A DNA stretch of 64,000 bases, from the NCBI GenBank assembly GCA_050084985.1, contig JBITNC010000001.1:191456001-191520000 (forward strand), read 5' to 3'. Source of the stretch: Nageia nagi (taxonomy: Eukaryota; Plantae; Pinophyta). The notes beneath the pieces are model-generated. The model searched no databases. It saw only the letters and a program-made list of their open reading frames with translations, and was not told the DNA's origin. Made by a program: the position numbers and the translations under genes. Positions 50,801 to 61,460 of this stretch are shown here, piece by piece; within the stretch, counting starts at the first letter, position 1; each line of letters opens with the position of its first letter.

Positions 50801-51310
50801 ACGAATCTGTGCGAAATTTGCAGGCACTTGCTGAACGTCAAAGCCACAGGAAGAGTTGTTATATCCAACAAGTTTCGAAGAATCTAAACACTGATTACGA
50901 TTATCCAGAATGCTAAATAAGATTTATGCCTACCATATATGTAGCCTGAATATCACCCAAACAGTAAATACATAGAAAAGATAAGTAATTTAAAGCAACA
51001 CTTACACATCAAGGTTACCAACCATGGTTCCTTCCTTGAGGACTTCGATGCAATAAGGCTGACCAGGTGCTTCACTCCATGGTGGTATTGAATAAGGGCA
51101 TATTACTGCTGCTGCTGCTGTTGTTATTGTTGTTGGTGGTGGTGCTGGTGCTGTTGTTGTTGTTGGTGCTGTTGCTGTTGTTGCCGCTGTCGTCGCCGCT
51201 TCATCAATGCCTACTCCGCCTCCCGGTTGGTGTGCTTCATTCGAATCTGATTGAGTGGAACCATGGATTTTGGGTTCCTTAGGAGGGGGAGGACCCATTG
51301 GGATCTTCAT
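17793..51310 (-). CDS. SLC4A1AP: Kanadaptin-like FHA-domain protein gene, 5' part (7 exons visible; gene continues beyond position 1)
   Basis: Spliced translation MKIPMGPPPPKEPK...YSIPPWSEAPGQPYCIEVLKEGTMVGNLDV-SQKGAYMFGRGDQCDFVLEHPTVSRYHA-VLQYKGNGDAFLYDLGSTHGSFVNKNQ-VGPKVYQQLHVGDVIRFG-CSSRLYILQGPVELMPP-EKST...EASLLRAQREASLADGISWGMMEDAFDVDTK-EEDEITWQTYKGELTDKQKKTREKVIKRNEK. Canonical FHA motifs (GR, SRxHA, DLGSTHG, GDxIxFG) and kanadaptin-type YxxPxW and SWGMxEDA motifs; all phases consistent. Confidence 0.93.
18031..18192 (-). CDS. SLC4A1AP: Kanadaptin exon 6
   Basis: cacag|GAAAAA...ACAAAG|gtattt; 162 nt; contains GISWGMMEDA. Confidence 0.93.
19334..20340 (-). pseudogene. Copia reverse transcriptase / RNase H remnant
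   Basis: WKIHQMDVKSTFLN...VYVEQ, ALYGFKRAHRAW, VCLYVDDLI; RNaseH-like NPTMEDPSTLT...QLADTFTK. Confidence 0.9.
21052..22431 (-). mobile_element. Solo LTR (1,380 bp) related to the element A LTRs
   Basis: tgtaaaatc...gatgttaca; perfect TSD attgc/attgc; shares aacgttggcctcc..gagccaactag and tgggattcccacaatcat with LTR A. Confidence 0.92.
22563..23458. mobile_element. hAT-type MITE / non-autonomous DNA transposon (896 bp)
   Basis: Perfect 8-bp TSD gttttcac; TIR ctaagcagtcaa / ttgactacctag (10/12); subterminal ttcgaa clusters at both ends; very AT-rich core. Confidence 0.85.
24223..27554 (+). mobile_element. Unit E: solo-LTR-like unit (3,332 bp), gene-less member of the giant-LTR family
   Basis: tgttgtgccc...ttcccaaca; TSD gctcc/actcc; removal restores the copia frame TSYRS|KFKIGD; TATAAATA at 26127 and 26550; start resembles unit D, end resembles units B/C. 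Confidence 0.9.
27555..28400 (-). pseudogene. Copia gag (UBN2-like) and protease remnant
   Basis: AWKTLEDSYGG, KKLLRSLLPK...EELQGDLLSY, WYVCLCCS...LFTKLDTSYRS; the frame rejoins KFKIGDKM across unit E. Confidence 0.8.
28901..32255 (+). mobile_element. 5'-truncated, decayed LINE of non-L1 type (RTE-X/L2-like ORF2), inserted in the copia 5' LTR
   Basis: NYHTIMIGHTLAKLY, QASF, FVDIKKAFD, GVKQRCPLTLTLFGLCIN, LLFVNDIVL, YLGVLF, PTILYGVDLW and a C-terminal CxxC...HFIFQCSVY knuckle. Confidence 0.85.
29477..30270 (-). mobile_element. Solo LTR (794 bp) inserted in the LINE RT
   Basis: Perfect TSD aattc/aattc; ends gggaacatcaca like LTR A; left TG mutated to TC; removal restores KAFDIIP. Confidence 0.85.
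33093..33141 (-). CDS. SLC4A1AP: Kanadaptin exon 5 (SSRLYILQGP)
   Basis: gcag|TTCTTCA...CCACCA|gtaag; 49 nt. Confidence 0.93.
33326..33381 (-). CDS. SLC4A1AP: Kanadaptin exon 4 (FHA: LHVGDVIRFG)
   Basis: cacag|GTAGGA...GGCTG|gtatg; 56 nt. Confidence 0.95.
35680..37039 (+). mobile_element. Solo LTR (1,360 bp), reverse-orientation homologue of 21052-22431, in intron 3
   Basis: tgtaacatccc...gatttaaca; perfect TSD gaaat/gaaat; internal ~29-bp repeats at 36070-36180. Confidence 0.92.
37839..37918 (-). CDS. SLC4A1AP: Kanadaptin exon 3 (FHA: DLGSTHGSFVN)
   Basis: tttcag|TTCTACAG...AATCAG|gtagc; 80 nt. Confidence 0.95.
39153..39238 (-). CDS. SLC4A1AP: Kanadaptin exon 2 (FHA: FGR...SRYHA)
   Basis: tacag|TTCCCAG...CATGCTG|gtaggt; 86 nt; SQKGAYMFGRGDQCDFVLEHPTVSRYHA. 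Confidence 0.95.
40330..40990 (+). pseudogene. Plant L1 LINE ORF1 remnant (DUF4283-like plus CCHC knuckle)
   Basis: NGYFFVIF, LFLKPWHIKF, VWICL, YAQICV..DVSKPLP, LDYEAIPSKCWACHKYGYFAGQCP. Confidence 0.85.
43377..46664 (-). pseudogene. Unit C embedded ORF, ~1,095 codons, disrupted; homologous to 4848-8100
   Basis: MTTSKSS...GDTNWQKVDP...FLELCLEVSQHW...IRNWMMDE...FYPSVELMILMLSRI...KWGKVLSDSIADQL...FYLNSYLVYLLLHGK...LYGSVVEPYQLPRY...HYDLEH...acidic tract...FLDENFEELV...*. Confidence 0.82.
46887..46894 (-). promoter_or_regulatory. TATA box upstream of the unit C ORF
   Basis: Minus strand gccTATAAATAcaagcctggaagcTCAtttt, ~225 nt before ATG 46664. Confidence 0.55.
47228..47955. repeat. Array of ~7 imperfect 50-bp palindromes in unit C
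   Basis: For example 47591-47640 TGGCACATGCTCCCAAAAGACAAGATTTTGTCTTTTTGAGGCATGCGCCA. Confidence 0.88.
49680..49990 (+). pseudogene. Old copia RT fragment
   Basis: WQVLQIAVKNAFLNGKLEELFFIE...YRLKK...RIDQHFIDQGF. Confidence 0.7.
50400..50680 (+). pseudogene. Old Ty3/gypsy integrase core fragment
   Basis: TIRNDRDARFL...AYHPQ*NGRT..ENKSL...NWDF...AEFA, read across frameshifts. Confidence 0.65.
51006..51310 (-). CDS. SLC4A1AP: Kanadaptin exon 1 (Pro/Thr/Ala-rich N-terminus and start of FHA region)
   Basis: ATG at 51310 (the ORF-track start at 51331 is a GTG); ends GAT GT|gtaag, donor at 51005, phase 2. Confidence 0.9.
51107..51200. repeat. Compound trinucleotide microsatellite (GCT/GTT/GGT) in exon 1 encoding an Ala/Thr/Pro tract
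   Basis: tgctgctgctgctgttgttattgttgttggtggtggtgct...; translates AATTAATTATAPTTTTAPAPPPTTITTAAAAV on the minus strand. Confidence 0.85.
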
Positions 51311-52539
51311 GGCCCCTGCCCTTGCAACCACAACGGCAATATCGATGTGAATTGGGGTATGAAGAAGCTACTCTAATGGCCGAAGTATTGCGAGAGAGCC
51401 TCTGAAAGACGGTAGTTAGTGCCTGTAAGGGGTCGTTGGTCTTGGGAAATCTTTGGGTGCAAGGGACTCGCACCAAGGCTTTTGAATGTTTTAGAGTTGG
51501 GGGTTTTAACAGGGTTCACGATCAATATTACAAAATATAAAATGGTTAAATTGTTTTTGGTTGGATCACAATTTTACAGTTCAAGTATTTCAACAAAATA
51601 TAGGTTTCTTTAAGGATTGTTTTTGTGTAGATTTTTATTTATCAAATTTTTTCTTATTAATTATATGTAAATTATTTTTTTAATAAAAAGTTTTTTGATT
51701 TAATCAATAAATTAAAAAAAATATGGGTGGAGTTAAATACATTTAGGTTATCATATTAATTATATGGATTAGGAGTTAAGCAATAAAATTAATCGATTGT
51801 AGTTAGTAGCTTTCAAAATATATTATCATAGTTCAAAAAATTCCTCAACGGATGATCAAACAAAATTAAAAGGTATCAAACATTTGTTGAAGGAGGGATG
51901 TGACTAAAAATGATCCTCCTCATAAACATATTGCCAACCTCCATTAGCTTGGACTAGCACGTTCCACCCAACATCATTAATGTTGGTGTCATTATCATCA
52001 TTGGCACACGAAGCAAGGACATCTCCCTCCACAATCGAGGTTGGTACATCCCCCAACCGATAACATGCTCGAAAGGTTCTTGATGAACATCCCATCCACT
52101 ATGCTAGCGAGTGGAGTAAGGACCACCAATGACCAATTGTTTGTTGAAAGATGGTGGCTAAGACCAATGTCGAGAAGCAAAGGGAGCCTGAGAGTGATTA
52201 TGAGGTCATCGTTGAGACTGCATACGATTATACCCTCGAAAGTGGGATTGACCCTACAAGGTTGAGTTGGGAGCAACACAAATGATGGAATATAGAGCAG
52301 TTCCCTAATGGTCAATGAGATTATGTGAGTGTTGTACCTTTGTATTCACTTTTTTCACTTATGAGGAAATCTGCAACCAACAATCATAGAAAACTTGATA
52401 TTTATCAACAAGAGAAAAGGAAATAGAAGCCTCTTATTGAAAAAAATAATATTGTTCCTAGTTTTCCATAAATAATACATAATAGTAATACGAAAGGTAT
52501 ACCATACTTTAACTCAATGTTATAAAAAACTCCAAAGGA

Positions 52540-55080
52540 TCTCCAACAAGAGCATGAACCCAAGTATAATCATTATGCCAAAAGGCTTAAAGAAGGAGAG
52601 AATCCATTCCCAAGTTGCTCGAGCTTTTAGACAAGATTAAGAAACATAAAGGAAATCTTCACCCTCACCACAAATTAGGAAAATTGGATTCACTACCCCC
52701 AAATACTACAACTTGTGTCTAATAGGTAACCCTTGATGAAGCAAACTCTAGGCGAAGAAACTTAATTTAGGTTTGATGTAAGAGGACCACACCATAATAA
52801 ACCTTAGATTCCATCTAGATTAAGAAGAGATTAAGTCCCATATGTTATTAAGCTTGAAAAATATTGGAACATGAAGAGAAAGCCAAGCATACCCTAGATG
52901 ATCTTTGAACTAGATAAGTGAAGTATGCTTATGCTAGAATCAATCACACCACCAAGGTTGTTAAAATCATTTGAAAATTTTACTCCAAACAAAATGGAAT
53001 TTGACCAATAACAATATCATAAGTATCTTTGTCTTCAACTTTCAGCTTATAAATTTGCCAAAAAGAGTCCTAGGGGGATCCATCCTCAGGTTTATTGATC
53101 AAAGATAGGAAAAAATTTCATTTTTTGTAAAATCTTAAAGCCTAAATCCATTGAATTTTAGCCAAAAAGAAACCTTGAAAGGCAACAATAGGTGACCACT
53201 AAACATTAATGGAAGAAATGAAAGCACTTGCTTATTTCTTTTTCCCAGTCCAACTTAGCCAAGGTTTGAGGGTTTCCCATGCCCCCCAAATACTTTTGAC
53301 AATAAAAGTATCAGATATTTTAAATGTTTGAGTATGAGTTGTAAGAATAGTTTGCAAGTTAAGTCCTTTCCAACCTTTTTAACCAGAGGGAAGGCTTGTT
53401 GAAATGAAATATCTAATAAGAGTTTTCTAGGCTTCATCACCTTCTAAAGCTCGGATAATCCATTATGATCAAAGAGACCCATACCTCTAGAGTGCTTAAG
53501 GAGATAATAAATTTCCCATTCCATGATATGAAATAATCTCTTATTGGATTTGGAAGCCCAAAGAAATTCCCTTAAGATTTTCTCTAATTTAATATAACAA
53601 GCTTTTGAGGGTACCTAACAACAAGAATAATAAACATGAGTAGAAGCAAAAAACTTTGGGCAAATTTGGAATTTTCTATGTAAGGAAAGTTTTTTAGGTA
53701 GTCCAATATGAAAGTTTTTTCTCAATTTGTTGAACCACATAATCCGAAAGTTGATTCAGGGAACCCTGAAAGGCAAAAGGGATACCCAAAAACTTAAAAT
53801 TTTATCCTGTATTAATCCATTTCCAAGAATAATTAACAAGCCATCGGGGAATAGTTTTCATGGATTGTCTATAATAAGATGTTTTTTTCCATTGGATACT
53901 TAAGCCAAAAGCAAGGTAAAATGTATCAAGACATTGCAAGGTAGTTGAAACTAATTGTTCTTCTTCATACAAAGTCAAAATGGAATCATCTACAAAATGA
54001 TCATTAATTAACTACGAATGGGAATTAGTAAGAGTAATTCCTTTGATTAAGCCTTGATTGACTTTATGAGCAAGGAGATATCTAAAGGCTTCGATAATAA
54101 GAATAAATAAAGGAATCAAAGGATAACCTTGTCTAACCAAACGAGAGAGCTTGATCACATCTAAATGAAAATTGTTAAGAGTAAGCACAATAGAAGCATA
54201 TATGAATAGCATTTGAACAAAATTAATAAAATGGGAACCAAATTCCAAAGTTTGCAGCATTGTAATGATGAAGTCTCGTTCAATATGATCATAAGCTTTT
54301 TCAAAATCAATTTTAATGAAAAGCATGTCATGGCCTTAGGATCGAGCCCATTCCATGCCTTTCTAAACTACAATGATATTATCAAGAATATATATGCTTT
54401 AAATAAAACTTGTATGTTCAAGATGTTTGATAAGAGAGAGTAAAGGATGAAGCATAAGAACTAGAGATTTGGCAATGATCTTATAGCTCATATTCAATAA
54501 GGTAATAGGCCTCTACTTAGTAACAATTTTAGGTCTCCTAGCTTGGGAATAAAATTAGCATTTCCTTTATTAAGCAATGCAGCTAAAGAATCAGAGACCA
54601 TAACTTCTTTATAAACCTGCAACAAGTCAAGGCTTACCATATCACAAAATTATTTATAAAATTCACAAGGAAAGCCATCAATGCCTATAGCCTTATCATT
54701 TTCTATATGGTAAAGTGCTTGTTTGAGGTCATCTAGGGTCAATGGTAGATCACAAGAGTCCTTCTAAGCTTGAGAGAGCTTAAGGGGTATGATAAAACTA
54801 CACTCCTTAATTGTCTAGTCAAATTTAGAAGCGAGGAAGCAAACACATTATGGTAATGGTGAACAAATGCTCCAATAATGTCTAGTAAAGTAATGATTCT
54901 TTCTCCATCAACTTGAATAGCTTGAAATTAGGTTAAGTGGACAAGAGGACAAAGTCTCAGAAAGAATAGAGACTCAATCACCCACTTTTAACTAATGCAA
55001 TCTAGCATGTAACTGGGCTCCTTTTGGCTTTGTATAGGTCAGATTTCTAAATTTTATGTATGATAATAACTACATAACCT
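52540..55080 (-). mobile_element. Decayed plant L1 LINE ORF2 (RT region)
   Basis: KAIGIDGFPCEFYK, RPITLLNMSYKIIAK, KIDFEKAYDHIE, VRQGYPL, FVDDSIL, FLGIPF. Confidence 0.88.
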
Positions 55081-58000
55081 TTGAGAGATGAGTTGAAAAT
55101 CATGAATTATTGGCAATGGTGAGAGCAAGAGTAGAAGGAGGTAGAGATGAAGGCTGGAATGATGGTGGTAGTAAGGAGTCATGTAGATGCAGAAGGATGA
55201 TGCATAACTATTTCAAGTAAGGAGCCAAAAGGTTTTATCACAAATATGATTAGGATAGATTTGGAAAACTTTTTGGGATTTTTACTAAGAATATAATAAA
55301 AGGTAACACATGCAACATAGGAATGTTGTAAATTCATTCTACAACCATGGATAAAGAGAGATGAACTTAAACCTAGGGTTATTGATGAGATTAGCCTTTT
55401 TGCAAGTTTGACTATTTAGGGAGGCACACTTATTTTTGTAGGATTGGTGCATAGGGATATCATCGGTATTCGATAAGTTGTTGCCATGGTAATAGTTAGG
55501 GAGATTGATAATTACAAATTGAGGTACTATTAGAAAATTCATTACCAATTGTTGAACGAATAGTGTTTAGGGATAGGATTGATCTTATCATTGGTGATGA
55601 TAATGGGTATGGCAACCTATTAAAAATACTTATTAAAATAATATTCTGGGTAATTTCTAGGATTGTAAAGGTTGAATGATATGTAGATACTTTTACGTAT
55701 GAATACGTTTAACATGCAACTTTCTTGCATACAAAGGTAGAGCTTGAAGAGTTTCTCTTGAAGGATATAGTTTCAACCAAATCGATTGGCAATGGTGGTA
55801 CAATGAGAGAAGAAAGTTGTATTGGAGGATGTTACAATGCACTAGGAGTTGTAAGCTATGGTGGCAGTAGAGGATATATCACAAGAGGTTGGTAAATATT
55901 GCTTGTACCTATTATCATCTCATATTCAAATGAGTATAGGTCGATTATGATCCTTTGACATGGAGGGGGCCTCTTTTGGAACCTTGGATGCAACTATGGA
56001 TGTGTCTTTAGTTTCAAACTTAAGTCTTTGTTATTGAAATAGATAAGATATATTTATGAGGGTCCTAAAACCTTTAGAAATGATGAAGATCTTAATGGGA
56101 GGAAGAAAGAAGATTAAATTACTACAGTCAATCTCATGGAGGAGGACGATAAAGATAAAATCATGGATGGCTTTGATGGATACTTTGGAAACAAATTCAT
56201 TCTTTTGGAGCATATTTTCATTTTTATTCTAAGTGTTGAAAAAAATGAGTGTCTAATGAAAGGGTGTGCGATGATGTTGGATATATTGATATTTTATTTA
56301 TGGTTGTTTATGTCTAATGGTGGTGAACCAAATATTGTGATCAGAGATAAATTTATTTTGTACTCTCCAAAGGAGTTGATGAACATTAACTAATTGAAGA
56401 TGTGTGGATGAGCAGAGGAGGTAAGGTGTTTGGAATTGATAAGGTATGATTATTAGAATATATTATTGAGGACTCTAGCTTAGTTGGATCAACTTATCTA
56501 AAGGACTTACCCATTTTGCTTCAAGTTGTTGATGTGATTTCAAGGGATAATCACTTATTTGGAAGCAATAAGGGATGATTTTGCTACATGGATTTTAGGG
56601 CTCTAATGCTAATGTTGTCCTTTATGAACTTAAGTTAAGAGTTTAATGGGAGGGTTTATGAAATCCTTAGTTACATTTAGGCTGAAAATGAGTTTCAAAC
56701 CTTGGATTTTAGCCTTAATTCAAAAGTGTTATTGTTCATTAGAATCCTAGTATGTAAAGGAAATAATGATGACCAAAATGGAATCAAGGTTTTTGAACCC
56801 CTAGATAGTTTTGAGAAGTTTTATTTAAAAGATCTTAAGAGATCATCTTGAGGTTCTCTATAGATCACATCCAAGAAGGTCATTAGATATTTTCTTTTAA
56901 ATGATCCCATGAGAAGGGGACTTTTTTCTCTTGATGGGGATATGGGTTTTTTGGGCAGGAACTATATTTTTTTTATTCCTTTCACTTTTTCCAAAAATGT
57001 AACTATTTTAAAAAATGTTCAAGTGGATGAGGGTATGCAAAAGGAGTTATTGATTGTAAGAGTGTAACATGACCCAAATATGCCCATTTCATGCTACAAA
57101 AATCTTACTACCAAGGTCTCCCGAGAAGAATTATCAGTGTATGGTGAGGTGTAAATGGTAGTATTTCTCTAGAGAGGGTTGCTTCCCAATTGAAATTAAA
57201 TCTAGTTTTAAAGGTCAAAAGTTAGAAATCATGAAGGGTTAAGGAGTTAAATCCTATCTTACAGATATAACTTACGAGTTGAAATAGATAATTTTGTTGA
57301 CAATTGGATTGAACTTAGGAATAACAAAGAAATTTTAGCCTTCATTTTAGGGCTAAAAAATTCAACATTAACAACAATCAAAGTCTTAATTCAAAGCACA
57401 TTAACCACTTTTGCTCAATTAAATAATGTCAAATAGTCATAATGACAACAAGAGAAAGGATAAATAATATCATATTCATTAATAGGTAAAAAAATATAAA
57501 ATAATGCCAAAAGTGTAAACATGCTTAATGATCCATAATTTGAATAGAATGCAGTCTCTTATTTGTAAGCTCGAAAAAGATTCCTTGATCAATTCCTAAA
57601 CTAATAAAACTAAATCAAATAATTACAAAAATTGAGTATGCTTTATTTTGATTACTACATAAGCTTAAAACCTCTTAACACTTGGGTCTGTAACAACTTT
57701 GAATATCTTCAAAATATATTCTCAACTTTTCGCTACTTTCTCCTTTTGGAGAAGATCACTATTTACATGCTTGAAGTACTTGACAAATCATAATTGATAA
57801 GACTAGCATATATGTTATATTTACTTTATTTTGCTAGTTTCAAATCTCTCAAACTATTAATATTTTAATGATGTATATGGACTTATGATGAATATTATTA
57901 ATTTAAACTACTTATGCTTAAAATGACAATGGATTAATATAGATAATTTTTATGATAAAATGAGAATATGCTAGGGATGAGGCATTATTTGAAGATGAAC

Positions 58001-58089
58001 AACTTCCTAAGGAGTAAACCATTTCAAAGGTAATCCATGACAAGATTCAACAAACATTTTTTGATCTCTAGAAATAAATAAAGGAGTTG

Positions 58090-58220
58090 CATTCACAATT
58101 CCCTCATTCCACTCCCTCTAATTCGAGCACTTCACAATTCACATAACCCTCCCCCTATAAATCAAGAACTTCACAATTCATTTAGCCTTTTTGCTCTAAA
58201 TTAGGCACTTCATAATCTGT
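58090..58220. repeat. Short minisatellite, ~38-39-bp period, 4 diverged copies
   Basis: ttcacaattc at ~58092, 58131 and 58170, and ttcataatc at ~58209. Confidence 0.55.
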
Positions 58221-59055
58221 ATTCACTTCCAAGTTATTTCATAGGATAAAAAATGGATTTGCTTCCATATTTCACCTTTAGATTTTAATAAGAAATGCTT
58301 ATGGAGGATCGCCATTTGTAGCAAATTCAAGCCAACCAAAATTATTTGTTGCCCCATTTGTTGGTCATCATGGTGGATCTTGTTGAGGCATGGAATAACC
58401 TCACCTTTACTATATATAGATGTATATATTATGTAAGTTGGGATTATCACTTTGGTATATATAATCATATTTAATGCTTAGTAATCAACCTTATTAGTGA
58501 TGAAATGTATACTTTATTAGTTATGATTTATTATACTTTCTTTGAGTTTAATAATGGATATTTGTATTTTAAGTGAATACTTGCTTTATTTGATCATACT
58601 GATAATGAACCTTAGTGAAGCATCAGGGTTGACCTTAAGAAGATAGATGAGTTCTTGGTTATACCCTACTATAGAGAATTACCATGTATGAATTACATAG
58701 TGATGTCTGTGTTATGAGCTCCAAAGTTATGCAATCTAGTTATCTCCAAAGTTGTGACATATGCCCAGCTCTAGAGTTGGGATGTGTATCCAACTCTAAA
58801 GTCATGATGTGTATCCATACCATAGATTCATACTTGGATAACTACAAGCTACAGAGTTACACGCACATCCAATTACCATATTTCTAGAAACCATCTTTGG
58901 CAATTGAATAGCTAGTTGAGTATTAGGATCCAATCAACAAGACCCGAGATGGAATTAGTTATAACAAGGAATAACTATCAAAGCATGAAGAGTATCAGAT
59001 GACCAAGGTACCAAGACTTATCAATAATTGAAATCAATAATAATAAGCCACCAAA

Positions 59056-59260
59056 ATTATCTTTTATCAATGTTCTTACTCTTTAAACATCATCCCAACT
59101 GCCCACTTCAGCATAAACATTTAAAAGAAGAACATAAGATGGAGCATATTTAGGCTTCAATGAAAAAAGTATTGTTATCACAAATTCCCATATTCCTACA
59201 TTATTATGTAATCTACAAGCACCAAGAAGATACCTTTCCCATGGAATGCCATGAATATCT
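59056..59260 (-). pseudogene. PLS-class PPR E-domain fragment
   Basis: LLGACRLHNNVGIWEFVITILFSLKPKYAPSYVLLLNVYAEVGSWDDV*RVRTLIKD. Confidence 0.8.
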
Positions 59261-60949
59261 CTTCCATGTCAAGCTTTCCTGGTAGAAGTATCTTGAGAAT
59301 TTATCAATAAGAAACACAATTTAATTTGAATTTGAGCTTTTATTAAACATGCCTTGTACATAAAAATCAACATAATAGACACTAATATAGGAAAATGCAT
59401 AAGGAATATTTGTTGTGATAAACTACTCACCTCATCATCCTCATAGTTAGTATCAATAAAATCACCCCTCCCACGTCCATAAAAAAGTTCATCATCATCA
59501 AAGTCACTTAGATCATTATCATACTCCATAATTAAATATTTTCATTTAATTGTTTGTTGTGCCATCAACATGAAGATGTTGCCAAAAAAATTTACCTAAT
59601 AAAAATATTAGAATATATTCATTTGCAAATAAAAGTAAACCCACTAAATAATAACCCAAAAATGCATAAGAGAACAAAGCAAGAAATAGTTGATAAAAAA
59701 ATACACTATACATTACATCATATATGTTTAAATGAATATAAAAACTCTTAAAATTGAATGAAAGCATGGCCCATGCAAGAATACACATATTATTGACATG
59801 ATTTTGGAGGTATCTATAACATATAATGCCTAAGGTCATCTTCATCCATAGTTCTAGGGCTCATGATCAATAAAGGACCATGTCATTTGAGATTTTTCAC
59901 AAATAAAAAAAGCTTGAATTTTGATTAAACACTTAAAACATAAGCACAATAGTAGCCTAATACTTGTAGGAAAAAAATTATTTTCATTTGCATGAAATAT
60001 GTCACTATCATGCTCTAAAACAAAAAATTATAAAATTTAAAACTTCTTTGCAAATTAATATAAATTATTTTTAAAACAAATGGCATGGGCCTATCTAGGT
60101 CATATTGCACCTGATAATCTGGATGAAGGGCACTTGAATTTGTAGTAAGTTTACTTGATAATTTTTGCCTTAAGCCTTCAATTTCTAAAAATGTTCAAGT
60201 AGACCATCCAAAACCCACTAAACAATAACATATTAAACAATAATTTAATCTAAAGTAAGAACTCAAATGTAGGTTAAAACACATATAAACAATATGACAT
60301 GTTACTTCTGAATTACAATTTAACTTTTATGTGGTCAATTTCTTACAAACAGTTCCCTCATCTTTCTTTCGTATTTTGTAAATTGCAATTAACTAGAGAA
60401 CTTGTTTTCTTCCTAATAATGGCTTCATTTATTTTTCAAGTTGTGTGACTATTATAAGATTCTTTGGAATTGGTGGAAAGAGCATAATTACCTCAATTAG
60501 GGAAATGTAATAATAATGCATAAGGCAAACTAAATATTTCAATGAAGATGTTAGATTTGCTTAATAGTAATGACCTCTTAACAACCTATTGTATGCTTTT
60601 TTTTTTAATGATAATCAACACACCATTTCAAGAAGAAGAAAAAGTTGGTGTACATATTCAAAAGCATACATTGCTCTGTACCTTGGTCTAATAAATTGTG
60701 CATGTGCAACTACATCCATCACAACAAATAAAAATGTGCCTTAATGACTTATCTATATATACATGCCTATACATTATTGGACAATTAAAGTTTTGGTATT
60801 TTTATCCATGGACATTGCAAAATCTGCATCAACCTATAAAGAAATTATTACATAGAATTTGGGCATAGATGGATAATGCAAACATAGGCATAAGATAATA
60901 GAATGAATACAAACAAAATGATCACACAAAAGGATAAAGGAAAGAGCAA

Positions 60950-61110
60950 AGGACAAGAAAAATATATACCCTTTTATCAACTTCAATCCAACTACATCTA
61001 GGTATCTTCTTGATTCCTCTATCTTTCATCAATGTCCTTAGTTTTTTAACATCATCCCAACTTCCCACTTCAACATAAATATTTGAAAAAAGAACATAAG
61101 ATGGAGCACT
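60950..61110 (-). pseudogene. PLS-class PPR E/E+ domain fragment
   Basis: APSYVLFSNIYVEVGSWDDVKKLRTLMKDRGIKKIPRCSWIEVDKRVYIF. Confidence 0.85.
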
Positions 61111-61219
61111 AACAAAAAACATGGTCTAATTTCACTAATTAATTCCAATAAGCAAATAGATAATAATTTTAGTAGTTAAATATTAAAAATATGGTCTAAT
61201 TACACCAAAATATTCTTCC

Positions 61220-61460
61220 TAATTTTTGCATACATATCTATTAGGGCACTGACAACCATAATATTCGATGTAAAACCATTTTTAAGTACTCTTTGATGGA
61301 TTTCCATACCTTCTTCTAGAGCTCCCATGGTGGCACATGTTGGAAGAATGTTGTAAAAGGTTGAAGATTTTGGATTTACACTTGACAATTGCATCTTATA
61401 GACCCTTTTTAGAAAACCCATTTTGTGCATATCTTACGATCATTACAGTCTATGAAATTG
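61220..61460 (-). pseudogene. PLS-class PPR repeat fragment
   Basis: MQLSSVNPKSSTFYNILPTCATMGALEEGMEIHQRVLKNGFTSNIMVVSALIDMYAK. Confidence 0.85.

Noticed and set aside
51067-51282. Leu/Val-rich ORF resembling a signal peptide or TM protein
   Set aside because: Antisense reading of the exon 1 microsatellite.
51311-51476. Upstream extension of exon 1 (GTG at 51331) and overlapping ORF 51279-51476
   Set aside because: These use non-ATG starts; ATG 51310 gives an MxxxMGPPPP start typical of plant kanadaptins.
56900-57400. Possible ORF1/CCHC remnant belonging to the minus-strand L1
   Set aside because: Only a faint HEMGH-like trace across frameshifts; too decayed to call.
59269-59529. Acidic 86-aa ORF (MEYDNDLSDFDDDE...)
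   Set aside because: Low-complexity sequence with no recognisable domain or splice support, running into the decayed PPR fragment.
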